Positions 39,909-47,186 of a stretch of 64,000 nucleotides of DNA are shown in pieces (positions within the stretch are counted from its first letter, which is position 1; each line of letters starts with the position of its first letter). Under the pieces are notes generated by a model. That model was not told the origin of the DNA and did no database searches. It saw only the letters and a program-made list of their open reading frames with translations. Origin of the DNA: Kiritimatiellia bacterium (GTDB lineage: Bacteria; Verrucomicrobiota; Kiritimatiellia; WLWN01); assembly GCA_012103575.1 (NCBI GenBank), contig WLWN01000001.1:1676538-1740537 (forward strand), read 5' to 3'. The translations under genes and the position numbers were made by a program.

Positions 39909-41288
39909 TCACCTATTGGCGGGGAGTTCAACAAGTTGATATCCCAATTCTTTTGCCGTCTTTGCCATAGAAAAAAACCGTCTGGCCTTAAAACGTTCTT
40001 GGTAGACTTTTTCCCCCTCGTCTACATAATCTTGTCCGTAATGCAGCGTTCGATAAATGAGTATGGCCAGTTTACGTGCAAGAGCAAATACGGCCACGGC
40101 TCCACTCCTACGCCGAGCTACCCGACGATATTCAGCCCCCAAAGAGGAGTGTGATCGACTCAAAGAAACCACCGCCATTCGCAAGATTCCAGCCACCCGA
40201 TTTGAACCCGTACCACGAGGGGGCTTTTTCTTGAGAGCTTTTCCTCCAGAAATCCCCATCTTTGGACAAAGCCTCAACCAACTCACAAAATGTTTTTTCG
40301 AAGAAAAATCACTCAGATTAAATCCCACCTCGGTAAGTATGACTTGCGAAACTCCAGCGCTTATCCCGTCAATACGCGTTAAATCTACTCCGGAAAATTG
40401 CCACAATATTTTTTGGTCTTCCTGCTCTCCTCGGTTACGTATCGCTTTTCGTTTAGCGGCTTTAGGATGCTCAGGGGCCTCTTTATTTTTCCGTTCTTGC
40501 GGAGTCATCGCTAACAACTCCTTGTGCAGTTCTTGCTCGTAATCGGTAATCTGTGCTTGGAGTTGGTCATAGAGCTTTAGGGCCATTTTAAGGTTAAACA
40601 AATGCTCTGATTTCCACGTACCGGTGAGGTGCTCAGCTATTTCTTTTTCGTTTTTTCCGCAACGAGAATCTCGCAAACACGCAAGGACTTTGGGGTCACG
40701 TTGACCTTCAACAATCCCACGTACAATCGCTAAGCCTGTTTTCCCGGTAATATCTGTTAGGGCTCGATGAACTTGGACATTCATTTGATCCAAAGCCTTT
40801 TGCATCCAGTTGACGGTTTTGGAACGTTCCTTAACCAGATTGGCACATTGGCGAGTCAATGCGCGGCATCTACAAATGCCTTCACTCGGTCGAAAGGATC
40901 CATGTAATAGGCCACAGCTGTGTAGAAGCTGAATCCATTGACAGTCCTGTACATCGGTTTTACGACCCGGGACATGGCACAGTTCTCTGGCGTTGACCAA
41001 GATGGGCTCTATTCCAGAAGCCTCCAGCAGTTCGTACAAAGGGATCCAGTAAATCCCTGTACTTTCCATGGCCACCGACTTTACTCCTTGCTCTTGGAGC
41101 CAAGCGATCAGTCCGATTAATTGGGGTGTAGTGGATTGAAAAACACGCACGTTGGGTTCGCCGCTGATCAAGGCCGGACCACATACGTAATGCTCGCAAG
41201 CCCCCAAATCAATTCCAGCCACCTTCGGTTGGAGTATGGGTAAGCTTTGCACGGATCGTTTATTTACCTTTGTTTTTGATGCCGACAT
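39909..41288 (-). CDS. IS110-family DEDD transposase/recombinase (459 aa, intact)
   Basis: N-terminal RuvC-like VAGIDLGACEHYV and VAMESTGIYWIPLYELL. C-terminal domain with LTRIDGISAGVSQVILTEVG and the FVSWLRLCP....SGGK block. Confidence 0.9.
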   Translation of the reverse strand: MSASKTKVNKRSVQSLPILQPKVAGIDLGACEHYVCGPALISGEPNVRVFQSTTPQLIGLIAWLQEQGVKSVAMESTGIYWIPLYELLEASGIEPILVNARELCHVPGRKTDVQDCQWIQLLHSCGLLHGSFRPSEGICRCRALTRQCANLVKERSKTVNWMQKALDQMNVQVHRALTDITGKTGLAIVRGIVEGQRDPKVLACLRDSRCGKNEKEIAEHLTGTWKSEHLFNLKMALKLYDQLQAQITDYEQELHKELLAMTPQERKNKEAPEHPKAAKRKAIRNRGEQEDQKILWQFSGVDLTRIDGISAGVSQVILTEVGFNLSDFSSKKHFVSWLRLCPKMGISGGKALKKKPPRGTGSNRVAGILRMAVVSLSRSHSSLGAEYRRVARRRSGAVAVFALARKLAILIYRTLHYGQDYVDEGEKVYQERFKARRFFSMAKTAKELGYQLVELPANR

Positions 41289-41543
41289 GATATCCTCCGG
41301 GTTGTGGTTAGTTGTGGAGGCTACGGCCCGAGGTGGCTATACAATGGATTCTGTCCTGGGGGAGTCGCCTGGAGCGCTCGCCAATGAATGATGGCCAACT
41401 CAGACCCAAACTTCGTATGGGGCACAAGGCACCAATATCTTTAGGGGGGCTTAACTGCCGTAGCTTTCATGACATTTACACCTTACCGGACTCCAGTTTC
41501 AACCCTGAATGATCCAGCAAAGAGACCATGCTGGTGGCGAAAC
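41289..41543 (-). ncRNA. Candidate bridge (guide) RNA region in the 5' non-coding end of the IS110-family element
   Basis: A 255-nt non-coding leader lies upstream of the recombinase ATG. A 10-nt segment TTCTGTCCTG (41349-41358) is repeated 4 nt beyond the recombinase stop codon (39895-39904). The call is inferred from the published IS110 bridge-RNA architecture; I did not fold or model it. Confidence 0.35.
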
Positions 41544-42031
41544 TTCGGGGAGACTCTGTGCCAATAAGATTATTCTGTTATGCGCCATGGTGGCCTTCAA
41601 CCTATTGCGCGGTCTTGGCCAAGAGGTCATCAAACGGGCTGGGCTTGCCCCGCAGAAAATCAACATCCCGCGCTGGCGAATCAAAACGGTTCTCAAAAAT
41701 ATCGTTTATTGCGCGGTTCGATTGGTCCGCCACGCCGGACGAATTGAACTTCACTTTGGCAAGCGTTGTCGCTGGTTTGAAGTGATACAAGATATTGCCC
41801 ATTCCTTCGCATAGCCCTCCGTGCACCTTTAACAATACTCTAAGGCGACTGCCCAAGGAGGCCTACGCCCCAAAATGGCCAAATCAGAGTGAATCTGACC
41901 TGTACGCTCAAAAAATTCATCAGGGTGATACTTGCCGGTCCGAATCCGCCCAAAAGCGAGCATCTCAAGGAAAAAATTTTCAACTTTTGAGCCCCAAAAC
42001 GCCTTCCGAAGCGATAGCTGACGGATTCAGG
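41544..42031 (+). mobile_element. IS1380-family element, 3' remnant (about 488 bp), truncated at the IS110 junction
   Basis: Near-identical to 57244-57731, including the right terminus ..GCGATAGCTGACGGATTCAGG. It encodes only the last ~90 aa of the transposase (..RLCANKIILLCAMVAF...IQDIAHSFA). Confidence 0.85.
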
Positions 42032-42076
42032 ATATTGCTATTTTTCAAAAAGTCAATTTTTTGTTTCAAAAAAATC

Positions 42077-43284
42077 TGAGAATTGTAATATTAAATGCCC
42101 AAAAGAAGATATTGTAAAACAGGAGTGTTCCATGCCGAAATCTTCTAGATTTAGAAACTCGACAGAAGACAAAAAAAGGAGAAAGACATGGAACAAATCA
42201 AGAGTAGTATTCATCCCCGAAAAGGCAAGCATTTGACACAGAAAGAACGGATCATGATTGAAACAATGCTCAAAAACCCAGGACGTCCTTTGGAGATAGC
42301 TAGCTATCTGGGAAGGCATCGTCGAACCATAGAGCGCGAAATTAGACGTGGAGAGGTAGAGCATTTCGATACAGAGCTGCGAAAGAAGAAAGCATACAGC
42401 AGTGATCGAGCCCAGGAACTTCATGATCTAAATGCGACGGCCAAGGGACCTGAGCTTAAGCTTGGAAAGCATCATGAAACGGCCGTGTTTATCAGCGAGC
42501 ACATTCTTGTTCACAAACGCTCACCCGATGTGGTTGCTCCTTTGCTTAAACAAGAGCAGAGACCTGCAGCGGTGAGTACAAAAACGCTGTATACCTATAT
42601 TGACCAAGGTCTCATCCCGGGGGTGAGCAACGAGTCCCTATGGGAAAAACGAAAAAGACGTGCTATTAAGCGGGTTAAAAAGCAACATGCCCGAAGGACC
42701 AGCATCGAAAAACGACCTAAGACCGTAGAAAAACGCGAGGAATCTGGGCACTGGGAATTGGATTTGATCGTCGGCGGAAAAGGAACTTCAAAACCGGTTT
42801 TAATGACGTTAGTAGAAAGAAAGACCCGAATGCTAAGGGTGAGAAAACTTTCGGATAAAACACAGGCATCGGTTCTGCAGGCCCTCAAAGCGATCGAAAG
42901 ATCGATGGGAGTTGGCCCATTCAGATCGATGTTCAAGTCGATTATAGCCGATAACGGGAGCGAGTTTCTCGACGTGGAGCAGATGGAACGTTCCGGATTT
43001 AGCAAAAAGAGACGTGTTAAACTCTATTATGCTCACCCGTATTCTTCCTGGGAACGAGGCTCCAACGAAAATGCCAACCGTATGGTTCGTCGTTTCGTCG
43101 CCAAAGGAGACAACATCAGAAAATATACCATCGACCGTATTGGTGAGATTGAAAAATGGATTAATAACTATCCTCGCAAGATCCTAGAATACAAACCCGC
43201 ACAGGAGTGTTTCGATTTGGAGATCGCCGCATGAACAGAAGCTCTCAGGTCCATTTTTTGCGGCATTTAATTTTACAATCCACC
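42077..43284 (+). mobile_element. IS30-family insertion sequence, type B, copy 2 (both IRs present)
   Basis: The left IR TGAGAATTGTAATATTAAATGCCC matches the inverted right end GGTGGATTGTAAAATTAAATGCCG. The right end lies 5 bp before the recR start codon. Confidence 0.8.
42188..43234 (+). CDS. IS30-family transposase, type B (348 aa)
   Basis: Same protein as 13931-14992, minus the 5-aa IKRKR insertion and with a few substitutions. Confidence 0.85.
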   Translation: MEQIKSSIHPRKGKHLTQKERIMIETMLKNPGRPLEIASYLGRHRRTIEREIRRGEVEHFDTELRKKKAYSSDRAQELHDLNATAKGPELKLGKHHETAVFISEHILVHKRSPDVVAPLLKQEQRPAAVSTKTLYTYIDQGLIPGVSNESLWEKRKRRAIKRVKKQHARRTSIEKRPKTVEKREESGHWELDLIVGGKGTSKPVLMTLVERKTRMLRVRKLSDKTQASVLQALKAIERSMGVGPFRSMFKSIIADNGSEFLDVEQMERSGFSKKRRVKLYYAHPYSSWERGSNENANRMVRRFVAKGDNIRKYTIDRIGEIEKWINNYPRKILEYKPAQECFDLEIAA

Positions 43285-43289
43285 AACTT

Positions 43290-43892
43290 ATGAATAATTT
43301 AAAACCCATTGAGAAGTTGATCTCCACATTAAGCCGTCTACCTACAATTGGACGTCGGTCCGCAGAGCGTATGGCTCTAAAGATTGCTCGCGATCAAGCT
43401 CCGCTCGTACAGGATTTGATCACGGCTTTGCGGGAAGTTTCCGATAAAATCTCAACCTGTTCTTTATGTGGAAGTTTGACGACAAAAGATTTAAATCCGT
43501 GTAAACTATGTACTGATGTCCGTCGCGATCATTTGCTTCTTTGTGTAGTAGAAGATTCGTCTGACATTATCATTATTGAGAGCGCAAGGGGGTATCGTGG
43601 ACGTTATCATGCATTAATGGGAAAAATTTCTCCCTTGCGTGGGGAAGGGATTCATAACTTGAGAATTCAAGAGCTCATTAAACGTATAAAAAAAGAGGGC
43701 ATAAAAGAAGTCATTTTAGCGCTGAATACCGATGTGGAAAGTGATGCTACCGCTAGTTTTCTTAGCGATATACTTTCTTCAGAGTCTGTAACTGTATCTC
43801 GAATTGCGTTTGGGCTCCCTGCGGGGAGTGGTATTGCATATTCGGATCCCGTTACTTTAACACGGGCCATACAGGGTCGACAAAAAGTGTAA
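43290..43892 (+). CDS. recR: Recombination protein RecR
   Basis: HhH LSRLPTIGRRSAERMAL, Cys4 zinc finger CSLCGSLTTKDLNPCKLC, Toprim LCVVEDSSDI. 200 aa. Confidence 0.93.
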   Translation: MNNLKPIEKLISTLSRLPTIGRRSAERMALKIARDQAPLVQDLITALREVSDKISTCSLCGSLTTKDLNPCKLCTDVRRDHLLLCVVEDSSDIIIIESARGYRGRYHALMGKISPLRGEGIHNLRIQELIKRIKKEGIKEVILALNTDVESDATASFLSDILSSESVTVSRIAFGLPAGSGIAYSDPVTLTRAIQGRQKV

Positions 43893-43904
43893 GGAGGAAG
43901 AGCC

Positions 43905-44438
43905 ATGAGAAAGATTATCGATTTTTTAATGCGTTTATTTGGGAGAAAACATGAATGGTTTAAAGGTCCTGGACAGGAAAAAGGGCGCGTTGAGCGATGG
44001 TTGAGGGTGCCTTGTGCCGAAGGCGCTAGAAATTTTAACTTTAGAAAAGATTTTATGGATTATGACCTTGTCCCAGCTGAAGGGTTCTCTAATGACTTCG
44101 GGCACTGGTTTAAAGAACCGTTTAATCATGTAAAAGTAGGCGGGTATACACAGTATTTAGGCCAGCAGAGCGGTGGTTACAGATTCCTCGTTCGATGTGC
44201 CTTAAATCCTTCTATAAATGGGGCGGATGAGACGACGGGCTTACACGAATGTGGGCATGTTCGCTTACTTCCAGATATTCAAGGCCATCCTCTACGGTTT
44301 AAAAAATGTTTTCCCATATGGCGTTTTTCAATTCGTCCTAGATCAGAAGAAGATGATGATCTCTATTTGCCAGAGGTGGCCAGTATGGTCTTCGATGAAA
44401 ATGGGGAAGTTCTTTATGAGGAGTCTAAAGAAATTTGA
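43905..44438 (+). CDS. Hypothetical protein (177 aa), no domain recognised
   Basis: Uninterrupted ORF starting 13 nt after recR. There are no convincing motifs; VGGYTQYLGQQ faintly recalls YwqG/DUF1963 but this is not supportable. Confidence 0.4.
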   Translation: MRKIIDFLMRLFGRKHEWFKGPGQEKGRVERWLRVPCAEGARNFNFRKDFMDYDLVPAEGFSNDFGHWFKEPFNHVKVGGYTQYLGQQSGGYRFLVRCALNPSINGADETTGLHECGHVRLLPDIQGHPLRFKKCFPIWRFSIRPRSEEDDDLYLPEVASMVFDENGEVLYEESKEI

Positions 44439-44473
44439 AAATTTGAAAGATAACAAGAGGGCTCTGTCTTTTT

Positions 44474-44636
44474 CCTGGATCCGTCAGTTAAACGTGGGAT
44501 TTCTGTGCGAATGGTTTGGAGGCAAAAGGTTGCAAAAAAACGCAGGCGCACCCGCTGGGTACGTCGAGGCTTTTTTGTAATTCCTTTTGGCCCAAATGGT
44601 TCGTGCAGAAAACCGCGTTTAACTGACGGATCCAGG
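44474..44636 (+). mobile_element. 163-bp MITE, copy A (IS1380-like termini, TSD TTTTT)
   Basis: CCTGGATCCGTCAGTTAAACG...CGTTTAACTGACGGATCCAGG, flanked by TTTTT at 44469-44473 and 44637-44641. The element is a long imperfect palindrome. Confidence 0.85.
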
Positions 44637-44865
44637 TTTTTGTGTACAAAAACTGAATCCGACCGTAGGGCTCGAAATAGAACCTACTCCAAACGCCCTC
44701 TGTCTGACTTTCATTGGCACAGAGGGCGAGAGGGTTCGTGGAGATTTTCTGTTGACCCCCTCCAACTTCTGAAATGAAACATGGCTTAAACATATTTCAT
44801 CCTTCTCTCAGATCAAGCGCCTTCGCCTAGGCGTAGGTTGTGTGATCCGCATAAATATTGGCAAG

Positions 44866-45002
44866 TTAGGAAGGTCCGGTTGAATTTGGTCTCTCGTAAT
44901 TATCGCACAAGTCCTTTAAAAGCGTGCGAAAACTGTGAACCGGTATGCCTTCATAAGCAGGCTTGAGATAGTTAATCAACTGGATCATCGTTTTCAATAA
45001 CT
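44866..45002 (-). pseudogene. Orphan C-terminal ORF fragment, proposed 3' half of the FRG-domain gene at 29417-29926
   Basis: The minus strand reads (K)LLKTMIQLINYLKPAYEGIPVHSFRTLLKDLCDNYERPNSTGPS*. It is open only in the frame that continues ..ELNGQGKA when the two IS630 flanks are joined over a single TA. Confidence 0.4.
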
Positions 45003-45937
45003 TAGAGCGCTTCACGATTGAGGTGTTGCGATGTAGCACGAAGAAAACCAGCCGATTACCTCGTCGGGAGAAACCTCTTCGAACGCTTGTGTGATCGCTT
45101 CAGATAGTTCCTGCTGACTGCGGGCTGCAAGGCTGCCCAACCGATTCTTTATCTTGCCCCACATTTTTTCAATGGGGTTGGAATCGGGGCTGTAGGGTGG
45201 AAGGAATCTTACATGGGCCCCACATGACTCAATGAGTTCAATGACCTTGGGATTGTGATGGACGCGAAGATTGTCCATGATGACGATATCTTCAGGTGAA
45301 AGAGTCGGGAGAAAAAGTTGTTCCGTCCAGGCGGACCGAAGAAATCAAGGTGGTGGTACACCAATGTCCATAAGGCGTTTTGGCAAAAAGCCTGTTCCCG
45401 CCCAACGCCCGGCCCCGCAGACGAGTCATATTCGTTTTCGCCCCGGATTCATCAATAAAGACAAGGCGACTTGGATCAAGTTTGGCCACCTCTTGGATCC
45501 ACTGCTTTCTCAAGAGATTTACATCCGCCCGGTCTTGCTCGCTGGCGTGAAGCGTTTCTTTTATACCGGGAAACCGATTCAACGCCCGCTGTACGGCCAT
45601 GATCGACCCCTTCACGCCGCTCATGTTCTTGAGTTTTTCAAGCGTTGCATCGGGATGTTTGCCCCCCAGTTGAGCCAACGCCTTGAGCTGCTTTCTGCTG
45701 TAGAGGGCCTGACGATGCCCACGCGGTCGAGGAGCGGTCTGTCCGGTTTCGTTGAAACGAGAGAGCCCACGCTGAAACGTTCTAAGATCTACACGATAAG
45801 AAGATGCGATATCGGCCTGGGAACCTTTGCCCATTTTGTAGGCATCTATCGCACGCCGCCGGATTTCTGCTGTTGCTATACTCATGTCATGAAGTATAGA
45901 TTTTCTAGCGAGGCATTTTCAATCGTTAAATGCTCTA
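45003..45937 (-). mobile_element. IS630-family insertion sequence, copy 2 (internally deleted, defective)
   Basis: It has the same termini as copy 1 and TA at both junctions. A roughly 62-bp internal deletion (near 45318) removes part of the DDE domain. ORFs 45292-45885 and 45012-45278 are fragments. Confidence 0.85.
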
Positions 45938-46231
45938 GTACTCCTCCAAAATTAAATTGGCGAGTTAGGGTCAAATTAGACTGTTCCCAATGACGACAGG
46001 GGCCTTCCACCATCACAGCAACGCTGTGTAGGCATAGAGCCTGGGGTTTCAACCCCAGGAAGACTTGTGCCCTGTAGGGGCACTGTCTATTCTTCAGGGC
46101 GCAATCAGATGTGTTCCTGTTTCATTCCTGGGGTTGAAACCCCAGGCTCTATGCCTTTGTCCCTTTGGGACAATCCATAGGGTCAGTAAATCATTCACCC
46201 CCAATTCGCCAATTTAATTTTGGAGGAGTAC
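45938..46231. repeat. 294-bp TA-flanked foldback element (MITE-like), single copy in this window
   Basis: The 27-bp TIRs are GTACTCCTCCAAAATTAAATTGGCGA(G/A)T. TA lies on both sides (45936-37 and 46232-33). There is a perfect internal 29-bp inverted pair (46031-46059 and 46128-46156) and further hairpins. No ORF. Confidence 0.6.
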
Positions 46232-46377
46232 TAGTGCACGATAAAGTTTACGGTTAAGTGATGAAGAATGAATATATTCGAGTGGGAGCAGATATTTTAA
46301 TCAAACAGGTTCTAAGGTGAGGGTCTTTGGTCAGAAGTCAGGACCACCGTTTTTCTTTCACGCAGCTTGCTGCATGA

Positions 46378-47136
46378 TTATTCGTCTTCAATAAATTTTT
46401 TAATCTGATCGATAACCTGGTAATGTGTAAGATCGAGTCCGATCGGAGTGATCGAAACAAGTCCATTTTCAATCGCTTCTATGTCTGTTCCTTTTTTATC
46501 GCCTAAAAGCTCCATTTCGCCGTCTAACCAGTAGTAGATATTACCCCGCGGATCTGTTCGTTTATGAAAGACCTCCTTGAAACGTGAATGCGCCATAGGC
46601 GTTACGGCATATCCTTGTATTTGATCTGTAGGTATATTAGGAATATTTACATTCAGTAATGTTTTTTCAGGTAGCTGGTATGGCAAAAACTTTTTGGCCA
46701 GTTGACGCGCAACATGACCTGCGGTATCCCAGTGCGGATCGGTAAATGTTTGCAGGGAAAAGGCCATGCTGGGAATTTTTAAAATAGCCGCTTCCGTAGC
46801 CGCCGATACGGTGCCAGAATAAATAATATTAATTCCTGTATTGGCCCCTAGATTAATCCCGCTGAAGACAACGTCTGGAGGTTGATTCAACAATGCGCAA
46901 CTGGCTAACTTAACGCAATCCGTAGGTGTCCCACCTACGGCATGACCAAAAAACGTGTCTTTGTCATAAACTTTACTGGTTTTTATGGGGTCAAATAGTG
47001 TAATCGAATGGCCGACCGCACTTTGTTCTTCATTTGGCGCAACAACATGGACGTGGCCTAAATCTTTTACCGCATCATATAAGACTCGAATGCCTGGGGC
47101 ATGTATACCGTCATCATTACAAACAAGAATATTCAT
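46378..47136 (-). CDS. surE: 5'/3'-nucleotidase SurE
   Basis: MNILVCNDDGIHAPGI, SGINLGAN, YSGTVSAATEAA: canonical SurE motifs. Confidence 0.93.
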   Translation of the reverse strand: MNILVCNDDGIHAPGIRVLYDAVKDLGHVHVVAPNEEQSAVGHSITLFDPIKTSKVYDKDTFFGHAVGGTPTDCVKLASCALLNQPPDVVFSGINLGANTGINIIYSGTVSAATEAAILKIPSMAFSLQTFTDPHWDTAGHVARQLAKKFLPYQLPEKTLLNVNIPNIPTDQIQGYAVTPMAHSRFKEVFHKRTDPRGNIYYWLDGEMELLGDKKGTDIEAIENGLVSITPIGLDLTHYQVIDQIKKFIEDE

Positions 47137-47186
47137 GAGGAGATATAAGCAATTCTACATTAGAATGGCTAGTTATTTGTTTTGCA

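Larger units (their letters stand above)
39816..41543 (-). mobile_element. IS110-family element (boundaries approximate)
   Basis: It lies between the heptose adenylyltransferase stop (39815) and the point where IS1380 homology resumes (41544, at ..AACTTCGGGGAGAC). There are no terminal inverted repeats, as is usual for IS110. The pentamer ACTTC occurs at 39865 and 41542. Confidence 0.6.

Noticed and set aside
41509-42079. ORFs 41509-41814, 41528-41785, 41602-41856 and 41795-42079 (and their twins at 17555-17934 and 57175-57941) as independent small genes.
   Set aside because: All lie inside IS1380 copies or the remnant, in overlapping frames on both strands. They are the transposase C-terminus or its shadows, and 57495-57941 is an IS-to-suhB read-through.
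44474-44636. The 163-bp palindromic repeats as integron attC sites. They contain GTTAAAC and GTTTAAC heptamers near each end, and a half copy lies next to the intI pseudogene.
   Set aside because: The conserved sequence extends 13 bp outside the heptamers. The heptamers occur in the order opposite to R''(RYYYAAC)...R'(GTTRRRY), each with a mismatch. Every full copy has a 5-bp target-site duplication, and the termini match the IS1380 ends. All of this is transposition-type behaviour, not cassette recombination.
28427-45937. The 15.6-kb segment flanked by direct IS630 copies as a composite transposon or mobile island.
   Set aside because: It carries core genes (dnaE, icd, pdxH, recR, tRNA-Val). 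Both IS630 copies have defective transposase genes, and the outer flanks do not show a common duplication. It is better explained as a footprint of IS-mediated rearrangement.
46031-46156. The 29-bp repeats GGCATAGAGCCTGGGGTTTCAACCCCAGG as a mini CRISPR array or CRISPR-like repeat.
   Set aside because: There are only two copies, and they are inverted rather than direct. They lie inside a TIR-bounded foldback element, and there are no cas genes in the window.
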